From IMG/VR virus record IMGVR_UViG_3300019378_000501: a stretch of DNA of 20,000 nucleotides. One strand, written 5' to 3'. Below, piece after piece: positions 1 to 8,438 of the stretch. The notes beneath the pieces are model-generated. The model did not search any database. It was not told where the DNA came from and saw only the letters and a list, made by a program, of their open reading frames with translations. Position 1 is the stretch's first letter, and every line of letters begins with the position of its first letter. Position numbers and translations under genes: made by a program. This DNA is from an uncultured virus (IMG/VR IMGVR_UViG_3300019378_000501). Taxonomy: Duplodnaviria > Heunggongvirae > Uroviricota > Caudoviricetes.

Positions 1-2
1 AG

Positions 3-752
3 CTGCTTGACGACATCGCGGGCGATCTCGGTTACGACATCGGCGACGACGTTGACTGGGATCTGATTGCCGGTGACACCGACATCAACTGGGACGACAT
101 TGTTTACACCGACGAGGACGGCAATATTTATACCGACGAGGACGGTGACGGCATCTGGACTGACCCTCTTACCGGGCTTGAATACCCCGGTGACGGCATG
201 AAGTGGGTTACGGAAGATCAGCTTATAGATCTGTCCGACCTCATGGACGATTTGGCCGCAAGTGACGCGTCTCTTATGCAGTACAGCATCCCGAACGACG
301 TTCTGCCTACGTTATACGGCGGCAAAGTCACCACAGAAATCACGCCCACTGTAACCGGCTCCGACCGTCCCCACTATTACACCCCCGCCGTTTGGTACAT
401 TCAGAACGGCAGCAGCAACGGCATTATCTTCCTTGACGAGCCGTTCTTCCACGGTACTGCAAGCGGCGGCAGCATCACCGTTTACGACGAAGCTATCACG
501 ATCCGTGACGGCAGCTCTAAGGCGGTCTATTGGTCGAGCTGTACGACCCAGTTCACCACGGCAAACCTGCCCAGCCCCTACAGCAGCTACCCCATTCAGT
601 ATGTGTGTTGGCAGTGTCTTTACGGATCTCTGAGCGACGCTTTGATTTCCAAAAACGACAACACCATCACAAGCGACGACATCAAGAACGGTACAACCGG
701 CTTGAAAACCATGACCTATAACGGCGTAACTTATTACGCCGTCGGTCAGTAA
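3..752 (+). CDS. Phage tail-region protein, 5'-truncated by the window, with a very acidic segment
   Basis: The frame of ORF 198..752 is open back to base 3 (LLDDIAGDLGYDIGDDVDWD...). It lies directly upstream of tail-fibre-like genes. Confidence 0.6.
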   Translation: MLDDIAGDLGYDIGDDVDWDLIAGDTDINWDDIVYTDEDGNIYTDEDGDGIWTDPLTGLEYPGDGMKWVTEDQLIDLSDLMDDLAASDASLMQYSIPNDVLPTLYGGKVTTEITPTVTGSDRPHYYTPAVWYIQNGSSNGIIFLDEPFFHGTASGGSITVYDEAITIRDGSSKAVYWSSCTTQFTTANLPSPYSSYPIQYVCWQCLYGSLSDALISKNDNTITSDDIKNGTTGLKTMTYNGVTYYAVGQ

Positions 753-771
753 GAAGGGAGGCAAACCGAAA

Positions 772-1419
772 GTGGCAACCCAAACCACAAACTACGGGCT
801 GACGAAGCCTGCGGCATCTGATCCCGTAGACATTGAGGTTCTTAACAAGAACTTCGATGTAATTGACGAGCAGATCAAAAAAGCTGCGGACGCGATCCCG
901 CCTGTAGCTACACAGAGCGTGGCCGGTATCGTAAAGCCTGATGGAACCACGATCACCGTCGATAAAGACGGCACGATCCGGGGCGCGCAGACCTATGTGC
1001 TGCCTACCGCCTCCGAAGAAGTTCTCGGCGGTGTTAAAGTTGGTGAAAACCTTACCGTTGGCGCAAATGGTAAGCTGAACGCCTATGCGAATATCGTCAA
1101 AGACGACATCCCGACTGCTGGCAGCGAAAACGTTCCGTCGTCTGGCGGCACTTATGCCATGATCGCTGAGGTCAACTCTCAGGTCAACAGTCTGAATACG
1201 CAGGTTGTGGCCCTGACAACCGGCATCACATGGAAACCGGCAGTCGATACCTACGACAGTATCGCGACCACATACACAACCCCGTCCGTCGGATGGACAG
1301 TGATGTGTCTGGATACCGGCTATGCTTACCAGTGGGACGGCTCCACATGGAACTTTGTCATGGCCTCTCTCGTGGCTGTGGCAAGCGTCGACGACGTTAA
1401 AGCAGTATTGGAGGTGTAA
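772..1419 (+). CDS. Tail fibre-like structural protein
   Basis: GGAGG RBS and GTG start. N-terminal TTNYGLTKP..D..DIEVLNKNFDVID and PxAT...G.VK repeats (PVATQSVAGIVK, LPTASEEVLGGVKVG) are typical of phage fibre proteins. Confidence 0.65.
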   Translation: MATQTTNYGLTKPAASDPVDIEVLNKNFDVIDEQIKKAADAIPPVATQSVAGIVKPDGTTITVDKDGTIRGAQTYVLPTASEEVLGGVKVGENLTVGANGKLNAYANIVKDDIPTAGSENVPSSGGTYAMIAEVNSQVNSLNTQVVALTTGITWKPAVDTYDSIATTYTTPSVGWTVMCLDTGYAYQWDGSTWNFVMASLVAVASVDDVKAVLEV

Positions 1420-1423
1420 GCGT

Positions 1424-1717
1424 ATGACCAGAGGAACAACCCCTGTAATTCTCGTAAAGCTCCCTCAGGAGATTGCGTTTGACACGCTCTACCTTACGTT
1501 CAAACAGGCGGGTAAAATCGTCGTGGAAAAGACGTTGGAGGACGTGTCGATTGACGGCGCGAACATCTACGCCCCGTTGACACAGGCCGAAACACTGGCT
1601 TTTAACGGATCTTCCGACGTGCTGATCCAGCTTCGCGGCAAGGTTGGCGAACAGGCTTACGCGTCCAACATTGTCCAGCGCACCGTCGACGACATTTTGA
1701 AGGACGGTGAGATCTAA
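1424..1717 (+). CDS. Conserved phage tail/baseplate-associated protein (97 aa, MxRGTTP type)
   Basis: GGAGGTG RBS before ATG 1424; beta-rich sequence; located in the tail module. Confidence 0.55.
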   Translation: MTRGTTPVILVKLPQEIAFDTLYLTFKQAGKIVVEKTLEDVSIDGANIYAPLTQAETLAFNGSSDVLIQLRGKVGEQAYASNIVQRTVDDILKDGEI

Positions 1718-1718
1718 T

Positions 1719-2582
1719 ATGGTTGAATTGACTGTCGAAATCAATGAAACCGAAACCCTTGAAATCAGTGTAAAAACGCTGCACTTTCTCGGTTTCACGG
1801 ATCACGCCAAAATGACAAATCGGGATGCAACCGATCAGCACCCCATTGAGGCAATCACCGGGCTTGCGGAAAAGCTGAAAACACAGGATGAAACTGCCAC
1901 CCGGCAGGGAGAAACGCTTGCACAACAGGGCGAAACTCTGACTGCGCACGGCGAGGCGATCACAAAACACGGTGAAACCCTGTCGAGCCACGCCGAAGCC
2001 CTCTCCCAACACAGAGAGGTTATTACTGGACAGGGAGAAATCCTTGCCCAACATGGCAAGGTTTTAACTGCCCATTCTGAGGCACTGACAGCCGTTCGTG
2101 AGGACGTTACTGCGCAGGGTGAAACCCTCTCCCAACACGGCGAAGCCCTTGTGCAGCAAAACGAGAAGGTCACTCAGCAGGGCGAAACACTCGCACAGCA
2201 CGGGGAAGCGCTTTCCCAGCAGGGCGAGGAAATCAAAAATCATGGTGAGACACTTTCTCAGCACGGAGAAACCTTGACCGCGAACGGGGAGGCAATCACT
2301 AAACATGGTGAAGCCCTGTCCAAGCACGAAGAAACTCTTGCGCAACACGGGGAGACGATTTCTCAGCATACAGAGGGTATCAATGCCCACGGTGAAACTC
2401 TCACCCAGCACGGGCAGACGCTTTCTCAGCACGGGGAAACCCTTACGCAGCATACAGAAAGCCTTAACGCCCACGGCGAAACCCTGACCGCACACGGAGA
2501 AGCTCTTGAAAAGCTCAGTGCTTTTTCCGATAAAAAAATCGCGTCCGTTTCGGACGTACAGGAGGTTTTAACAAATGCCTGA
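1719..2582 (+). CDS. Coiled-coil fibre protein with heptad repeats
   Basis: Phage fibre-type motif DH..MTNRD..DQHPIEAITGL followed by 30 uninterrupted 7-aa repeats. Confidence 0.7.
   Translation: MVELTVEINETETLEISVKTLHFLGFTDHAKMTNRDATDQHPIEAITGLAEKLKTQDETATRQGETLAQQGETLTAHGEAITKHGETLSSHAEALSQHREVITGQGEILAQHGKVLTAHSEALTAVREDVTAQGETLSQHGEALVQQNEKVTQQGETLAQHGEALSQQGEEIKNHGETLSQHGETLTANGEAITKHGEALSKHEETLAQHGETISQHTEGINAHGETLTQHGQTLSQHGETLTQHTESLNAHGETLTAHGEALEKLSAFSDKKIASVSDVQEVLTNA
1884..2513 (+). repeat. 30 x 21-nt degenerate coding tandem repeat, consensus (H/Q)GETL(S/T)(Q/A)
   Basis: Read directly from the translation, QDETATR through HGEALEK. Confidence 0.95.
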
Positions 2583-3876
2583 TATGAGCCAAGTCCTTGA
2601 CCTTGCCGGTGTTGCTGCAATCCGTGATTGGGTTACGGCAAATTTCCTCAAGAAAACCGACGCTGAACAGATGATGGCATCTAAGATCCAGCTTACGTTC
2701 GGCCCGGATTTCGAGGGCAAAACCTACACAATCACCGGCGGCGCGAACGAAACCTATACTGGCACAGTTCCCGCAACCCTGATCGTGACACAGACCATTA
2801 AGACCCTCAACACCGAATACGTTGTCACCTGCACCAATGAGGACGGTGTTTCCTATGAACGCTCCGTTACCATCGGCAGCTACTACGGCGTTTACCAGAG
2901 TGAGTTCGTTTCCTTCCGCGCTTATCTGGTTTGTACCGCAGACGCAGGCTGTACGGTTATCGCTACCAACGGCAGCAAGACCTACTCCGGCGTAGCCGAC
3001 AGCAACGGCGAAGTTACCCTGAATATCGGCGCAACCGGCACTTATTCCGTTACCGCCTCCATGGGCGGCTCCACTACGGAGGCCGTTACCGTGGAAGTCA
3101 CCGAAGCAGGCGCAACTTACACCTGCAAGCTGCCCTCCCTGTCTGGCCCTGAGATCGTTTCTTGGGCTGACGGTACTGACGAACAGATCGCAGCTATGGT
3201 CGCAGCTCTGGACGACGGTACGATCTCCATTGAGGATACCGGTTGGGCCGTGGGCGACGAGCGCGTTGTTACTCTGTCCGCTATGGCTGCAACCGGCGTT
3301 GGCGAATCCCACGCCGAACAGTCTGTAACTCTGGTGCTGATGGACAGCCAGCACTTCACGCTGACCGAAGCAACCGCTGGTGGCGACACCAAGGATCACT
3401 TTGTCGTTGGTTTGAAGAACTCTCTGAACGAGAAGGGCTACATGAACAGTTCCAACACCAACAGCGGCTCTTGGAGCGGCTGCGCTCGTCGTACATGGTG
3501 TAACGACGTATTCCGTGCGGCAATCCCTGAAACGCTCCGGGGTTGCTTCAAGCAGTTCAAGGTTCCTACCGCTACGACCTACAATGGCAGCTCTGTCACT
3601 GAAACCGATGATTACTTTGCCCTGTTTGCAGAAAAAGAAATCTTCGGTTCTTGCACCTACTCCAACTCTACGGAGGCTGCGGCCCTGTCTCAGATCGAGT
3701 GGTATGCTACTGCGGCGAACCGTAAAAAGACCGTCAACGGGTCTGCCGACCTCTGGTGGGAGCGTTCTCCTCATTCCAGCACCAGCAGTTACTTCTGTAT
3801 TGTCACCTCCGACGGCGCTGCCAATGTCGGCACCGCCAGCAGCACTATTGGCCTCGCGCCCTTCGGCTGTATCTAA
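2575..3876 (+). CDS. DGR target protein 1, probable receptor-binding/tail protein with C-terminal variable domain (DUF6273/C-type-lectin-like)
   Basis: The last 45 codons are VR1. Thr-rich beta-sandwich-like N-terminal half; C-terminal W..C.RRTWCN..F, F...EKEIFG, WWERSP and GLAPFGCI motifs. Confidence 0.9.
   Translation: MPDMSQVLDLAGVAAIRDWVTANFLKKTDAEQMMASKIQLTFGPDFEGKTYTITGGANETYTGTVPATLIVTQTIKTLNTEYVVTCTNEDGVSYERSVTIGSYYGVYQSEFVSFRAYLVCTADAGCTVIATNGSKTYSGVADSNGEVTLNIGATGTYSVTASMGGSTTEAVTVEVTEAGATYTCKLPSLSGPEIVSWADGTDEQIAAMVAALDDGTISIEDTGWAVGDERVVTLSAMAATGVGESHAEQSVTLVLMDSQHFTLTEATAGGDTKDHFVVGLKNSLNEKGYMNSSNTNSGSWSGCARRTWCNDVFRAAIPETLRGCFKQFKVPTATTYNGSSVTETDDYFALFAEKEIFGSCTYSNSTEAAALSQIEWYATAANRKKTVNGSADLWWERSPHSSTSSYFCIVTSDGAANVGTASSTIGLAPFGCI
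3739..3873 (+). repeat. DGR variable region VR1
   Basis: 135-bp ungapped match to 4426..4560 with 18 mismatches, all opposite TR adenines. Confidence 0.97.
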
Positions 3877-3887
3877 AATCTCAAAAT

Positions 3888-3908
3888 CCGCGCCCCTTGT
3901 GGGCGCGG
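3888..3908 (+). promoter_or_regulatory. DGR homing hairpin/cruciform downstream of VR1
   Basis: ccgcgccc-cttgt-gggcgcgg, an 8-bp GC stem 14 nt after the VR1 end. Absent after the TR. Confidence 0.85.
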
Positions 3909-3927
3909 TTCATCAAGGAGAAAAGTT

Positions 3928-4392
3928 ATGTCTGTTCCAACTTGGATGCGGTCAGAATCCAAAACAAAGTTTCTTTGGAGGCTTTACCGGCTTAATATCC
4001 GCATAGGTGAAATCGTTGCAAACCACCCGACAAAGTATCGGGCGAATTACGGCGACAGTCTGATTACCACGGCTCTTGACGCGCTGACACACGCGCAGGT
4101 GGGCAACGGTATTTATATGCACGTCGCCATTTCGGAATCCGAATATCAGCTCCGGCGCAGGCATCTTCGCGAAGCGAAAGGCTACGTCGAAGCGGTGGCT
4201 ACAACAGCTTACATCTATTTGGAGCTGACCGCGAAAGCGGACGGCGTAAAGAAGGAAAAGATACTGAAACAGGAGGAAGAAATCGGCCTTGAGTGCGCCG
4301 AAATCTCCCGAATGATTAAGGGTGTTTTAGACAGTGACCGACGGATCTACAACGCCCGGTATCGCGGCCAACAGCCTACCTTAACTGAATAA
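3928..4392 (+). CDS. avd: DGR accessory variability determinant (Avd-like four-helix bundle)
   Basis: 154-aa basic, helical protein between the target and the TR; AAGGAG RBS. Called mainly from position and size. Confidence 0.8.
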   Translation: MSVPTWMRSESKTKFLWRLYRLNIRIGEIVANHPTKYRANYGDSLITTALDALTHAQVGNGIYMHVAISESEYQLRRRHLREAKGYVEAVATTAYIYLELTAKADGVKKEKILKQEEEIGLECAEISRMIKGVLDSDRRIYNARYRGQQPTLTE

Positions 4393-4425
4393 TCAAACTG
4401 CGGTTACGTCCTGCAACACACGCTT

Positions 4426-4560
4426 GGGTCTGCCAACAACTGGTGGGAGCGTTCTCCTAATTCCAGCAACAGCAATAACTTCTGTAATGTCAACTCCGAC
4501 GGCACTGCCAATAACAACAACGCCAGCAACACTAATGGCCTCGCGCCCTTCGGATGTATC
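4426..4560 (+). ncRNA. DGR template repeat (TR)
   Basis: Intergenic between avd and RT. Contains 14 AAC/AAT codons and 37 adenines, and aligns to both VR1 and VR2. Confidence 0.97.
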
Positions 4561-4750
4561 GTGAAAACGTCAGAAAAGTAGCGACAGTGAAATTAGACGG
4601 GATACATATTATCTTTTTACCCCTTTTTATGATACAGGAGGATGTGACCGCGCCGCCGATGAACGGCGGTGAATTAACACCGTGGCTCAGTCAGGCGCTT
4701 GCACCGGGCTGATACTGCATACGCAGGCACGGAATATGGGGATTTTTCGT

Positions 4751-5788
4751 ATGACTTTTGAAGAAGTCTTTTCAGTAGAACATCTGTTAATTTGCGCGCG
4801 AGAATGTCTACGCGGCGTAACGTGGAAACAATCTGCACAGATGTTTGAAGTAAATCTGCTGCAATGGGTGGCAACGCTTCACAAGGAGCTTATGCAAGGC
4901 ACTTACCGCTCACGAGGCTTTCACAACTTCACAATTTGCGAACGCGGAAAGCGACGTGAAATTTCATCTGTCCACATCTCCGAACGATGTGTACAGAAAT
5001 GCCTTGTGAAATTCGCATTGAAGCCCACCATTGTTCCACGCCTGATCTATGATAACGCCGCAACCATAGAGGGACGCGGAACGGAATTTGCAGTAAAACG
5101 ACTGCGGGAGCATCTGCGCTACCATTTGGCGCGTTACGGGAGAACCGGCGGGATCTTGACTATCGATTACCACAATTATTTCGGCAGCATAGATCACGAC
5201 CGGCTCTTGGAGATGTACCGCGGGATAATTGACGACGATCGGGTATATGACCTGATCGTCTATTTTATTCGCTGTTTTCCCGGTGACAAGGGCCTCGGCT
5301 TAGGATCGGAGATCTCGCAAATCAGCGCGGTTTTCTACCCTAACAGCCTTGACCACTATATCAAGGACGTGCTTATGGTGCATGGTTACGCTCGATACAT
5401 GGACGACAGTTACATTATCAGCGACGACCTTGATAAGCTACGGGAATACCGGGACATCATCACCCGAAAATCTGCGGAATTGGGGCTTGAACTCAATGCC
5501 AAAGTGACGCAGATAACGAAATTCGACGGCGGCAGCTTTGTCTACTTGAAGAAACGCGTTTTTATCACCGAAGATCATCGGATCGTGATGCGGCTCGTTC
5601 CGAAAAACATCACGCAAAGACGCAGAGGTATCAAGAAACAAAGGAAAATGCTTGCGGACGGTAAGATTTCGCCCGAATCTATGCGGCAATCATTCAATTC
5701 TTGGCGTGGATACGCCGAAAAATACGATAGTTATACATCAATCAAACGTCTGGAAACGCTGATGGACACCGTGACCGGCGGGCTATAA
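4751..5788 (+). CDS. DGR reverse transcriptase
   Basis: Motifs ERGKRREI, DYHNYFGSIDH, GLGLGSEISQ (DGR-type SQ) and YARYMDD; no RNase H or endonuclease domain. Start uncertain (4682 GTG, 4736 or 4751 ATG). Confidence 0.95.
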   Translation: MTFEEVFSVEHLLICARECLRGVTWKQSAQMFEVNLLQWVATLHKELMQGTYRSRGFHNFTICERGKRREISSVHISERCVQKCLVKFALKPTIVPRLIYDNAATIEGRGTEFAVKRLREHLRYHLARYGRTGGILTIDYHNYFGSIDHDRLLEMYRGIIDDDRVYDLIVYFIRCFPGDKGLGLGSEISQISAVFYPNSLDHYIKDVLMVHGYARYMDDSYIISDDLDKLREYRDIITRKSAELGLELNAKVTQITKFDGGSFVYLKKRVFITEDHRIVMRLVPKNITQRRRGIKKQRKMLADGKISPESMRQSFNSWRGYAEKYDSYTSIKRLETLMDTVTGGL

Positions 5789-5815
5789 AGCTACACAACG
5801 ATAAGGAGAAGCCCA

Positions 5816-6319
5816 TTGACTATTTCAGATTTATTCGCCTCCTTCGGAGTGGGAGAGGTGGTGGGGCAGTGCGGCATTGTATTAGTGGTCGTCTTTTCCC
5901 TGCTCCAAATCGCTCCCATTAAAATTAACCCGTGGAGTTGGCTCGGTAAGAAAATCGGAGGTTTCTTCGGTTCTCTTGCCGCCAGAATCGGAAAAGCGAT
6001 AAACGGAGAAGTGATTACTGAGCTGAGCGGTATCAAGGATCGTTTGGCTGAGTTGGAGAAGCACGACCAGCGTCAAGACAAAGACCGGGGTGAGGACAAG
6101 GCCCTTGACGCACGCCGACGAATCCTGCAATTCGCCGACGAGATCCGCAGAAAAGTCCGTCACTCCGAAGAACATTTCAACAACGCCTTTGAGGACATCG
6201 ACTACTACAAAAAGTATTGCGATGAACACACCGACTTTGAGAACGACAAAGCGCGTATCAGCATCAAGATCATAGAAGAAACCTATGAGCGCTGTACGCG
6301 CGAAAATGATTTCCTGTAA
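5816..6319 (+). CDS. Membrane-anchored lysis-module protein (possible holin-like)
   Basis: N-terminal hydrophobic helix, IKINPWSW motif and charged C-terminus; precedes the lysin; AAGGAG RBS. Confidence 0.55.
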   Translation: MTISDLFASFGVGEVVGQCGIVLVVVFSLLQIAPIKINPWSWLGKKIGGFFGSLAARIGKAINGEVITELSGIKDRLAELEKHDQRQDKDRGEDKALDARRRILQFADEIRRKVRHSEEHFNNAFEDIDYYKKYCDEHTDFENDKARISIKIIEETYERCTRENDFL

Positions 6320-6333
6320 GGAGGACAGTACAA

Positions 6334-8385
6334 ATGAGCCTGACTGGAAAAACCAACGCGCAGAAGATCTGGAACTACCTGATCGCAAAGGGCCTGACCC
6401 CCGCCGGTGCCGCCGGTCTGATGGGCAACCTTTACGCCGAAAGTGGTTTCAAGGCAACCAATCTGCAAAACACCTACGAAAAGAAGCTGGGGCACACCGA
6501 CGCATCGTATACCAAAGCGGTAGACGATGGCTCTTACACCAACTTCGCAAAGGACGCTGCTGGCTACGGTCTGGCCCAGTGGACTTACCACACCCGGAAA
6601 GCCGCGCTGCTGGCTTTCGCTCAGGCTGCGGGTAAGTCTGTGGGCGATCTGGAAACCCAGCTCGACTTTCTTATCAAGGAGATGTCTGAGGGCTACAGCG
6701 GTTTGCTGAACACCCTCAAAACGACCACCTCCATTCAGACGGCATCCGACCTCGTGCTGACCCAGTTTGAGCGCCCCGCTGATATGGGTGACACCGTTAA
6801 GGCGAAACGCGCAGGATACGGGCAGGCCTACTACAACGAGTTCGCCGGATCTTCCGCTGCTGCGGAGGAGGAGCGCTACACGGAGGCACAGTTCGACATT
6901 ACCACCCCCATCAAGACTGCGGCCCAGCTCGCGGCAAAAGCAAGCCTTGTAGCCAAGAACTACAAGACCCTGTACGTCATGGGCTGTTTCGGCGCTCCCA
7001 TGAACGCCGCAAATAAAGCCCGGTACTGCGCAAACCACAGCTACAACAAGGCTGCGGATCGTACCGCCATGATTCAGGCAGCAAGCGCCGACACTTTCGG
7101 TTTTGATTGTGTTTGTCTTATCAAGGGCCTGCTGTGGGGTTGGAAGGGCGACACCAGCAAGACCTACGGCGGCGCGTCTTACGCGGCCAACGACGTTCCT
7201 GACATCGGCGCGGACAGCATGATTAAAGTCTGCTCTGATGTTTCCACCGACTTCTCCAATGTCGAGGTGGGCGAGGCGGTTTGGTGTGAGGGCCACATCG
7301 GTATCTACATCGGCAACGGTCTGGCCGTGGAATGTACTCCCCGCTGGAAGAACTGCGTTCAGATCACCGCCTGTAACTGTGACGTAACTGGGTACAACCG
7401 TCGGAACTGGACGAAGCACGGCAAGCTGCCCTACGTCACCTATGACGAAAACTCTACCGAAAAGGTAGAGGATACGAAGTCTGAGGATACGAAGTCTGAG
7501 GATGCGGCGGCTCCGAAAGAACTGAAAGTGGGCGACATTGTTACGTTCACCGGCACGAAGCACTACGCAAACTCCAACGCTGCGACCGGCCCCGCCTGCA
7601 AGCCCGGTAAAGCGAAGATCACTGCAATCAACGCAAAGGGCAAGCACCCCTACCACCTGATCCGTGTATCCGGCGGCGGCTCCACCGTATACGGATGGGT
7701 CGACACCAACGACATCGAAGAAGCAGCGCGGGTCGAAGCTACACAGCCGGAGGCCGCGACAAAGAAAACGAGCTGGGAGGTCGGCGATGAAGTGGACTTC
7801 ACCGGCACGATCCACTATGCGAGTTCCAATGCGACGCGCGGCGTATCCTGCAAACCCGGTAAAGCGAAAATTACCGCGATCTACGCCAAGGGTAAGCACC
7901 CCTATCACCTGATCCGTGTATCCGGCGGCGGCTCTACCGTATATGGATGGGTCGACGCTTCTACTTTCGGCGCGGACGAAGTGGAGGACGCTGCGGAGGA
8001 GCCTGACCCCGACGACTGGGACAGTATTAAATACTTCAAGAAATCCGAGTTCGCCTGTAAGTGCGGGCGATACTGTGACGGCTATCCCGCCGAGGTCGAT
8101 ATGACGATGGTGAAATACGCCGACGCGATCCGCGCGCGACTGGGCGTACCTGTGTCCGTCAACAGTGGTTTGCGCTGTAAACAGCACAACGCCAACGTGG
8201 GCGGCGTGTCCAACTCTCAGCACCTTTACGGCGGCGCTGCGGACTTGGGTTGCCCTGCCGGAAAGACCGTCGCTCAGATGGTTGCTGCGGCTGAGGCCGT
8301 CATGGGCAACACCGGCGGCATCGGTACTTATTCTTGGGGTATTCACATCGATTCCCGGAAAACCAAATCCCGTTGGAACGGATAA
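6334..8385 (+). CDS. Multidomain endolysin: phage-lysozyme-2-like, NlpC/P60-like, two SH3-like repeats, peptidase M15-like
   Basis: GNLYAESG/GYGLAQWT/FERP; FDCVCLIKG...GHIGIYIGNG; two KVGD.V...GWVD repeats; EFACKCG/SGLRC..HN/SQHLYG.AAD/IHID. Confidence 0.85.
   Translation: MSLTGKTNAQKIWNYLIAKGLTPAGAAGLMGNLYAESGFKATNLQNTYEKKLGHTDASYTKAVDDGSYTNFAKDAAGYGLAQWTYHTRKAALLAFAQAAGKSVGDLETQLDFLIKEMSEGYSGLLNTLKTTTSIQTASDLVLTQFERPADMGDTVKAKRAGYGQAYYNEFAGSSAAAEEERYTEAQFDITTPIKTAAQLAAKASLVAKNYKTLYVMGCFGAPMNAANKARYCANHSYNKAADRTAMIQAASADTFGFDCVCLIKGLLWGWKGDTSKTYGGASYAANDVPDIGADSMIKVCSDVSTDFSNVEVGEAVWCEGHIGIYIGNGLAVECTPRWKNCVQITACNCDVTGYNRRNWTKHGKLPYVTYDENSTEKVEDTKSEDTKSEDAAAPKELKVGDIVTFTGTKHYANSNAATGPACKPGKAKITAINAKGKHPYHLIRVSGGGSTVYGWVDTNDIEEAARVEATQPEAATKKTSWEVGDEVDFTGTIHYASSNATRGVSCKPGKAKITAIYAKGKHPYHLIRVSGGGSTVYGWVDASTFGADEVEDAAEEPDPDDWDSIKYFKKSEFACKCGRYCDGYPAEVDMTMVKYADAIRARLGVPVSVNSGLRCKQHNANVGGVSNSQHLYGGAADLGCPAGKTVAQMVAAAEAVMGNTGGIGTYSWGIHIDSRKTKSRWNG
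7522..7956 (+). repeat. Duplicated ~61-aa putative cell-wall-binding domain (7522..7704 and 7774..7956)
   Basis: 252-nt offset; the final 69 nt of each copy differ at only 4 synonymous C/T sites. Confidence 0.9.
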
Positions 8386-8438
8386 ACCATTCACTGTAAA
8401 TCGCGCCTGCGGGCGTAAATTTGAAAGGAGATATTATT

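Larger units (their letters stand above)
3739..5788 (+). mobile_element. Diversity-generating retroelement cassette VR1-hairpin-avd-TR-RT
   Basis: TR/VR pair with adenine-only mismatches, an Avd-sized ORF and an RT with DGR-type motifs, in canonical order. Confidence 0.97.

Noticed and set aside
1884..2513. Periodic repeats as a possible CRISPR array
   Set aside because: They are degenerate in-frame 21-nt coding repeats without spacers, and no cas genes are present.
2515..3774. 419-aa ORF on the - strand
   Set aside because: Antisense shadow of DGR target 1, with no independent evidence.
3888..3908. Hairpins after the VRs as intrinsic terminators
   Set aside because: There is no U-tract, and the same sequence follows both VRs, which fits a DGR homing element better.
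4682..5788. RT as a group II intron, retron or Abi RT
   Set aside because: Its compact size, GxxxSQ and YMDD motifs, and the adjacent TR and avd-like gene fit a DGR. No intron domain V was seen.
7636..7956. Near-identical repeat pair in the lysin as a possible second TR/VR
   Set aside because: The differences are synonymous C/T changes, not adenine-specific. It is an ordinary domain duplication.
6283..8394. 703-aa ORF on the - strand
   Set aside because: It mirrors the lysin almost exactly and has no recognisable motifs. It is explained as an antisense shadow of biased codon usage.
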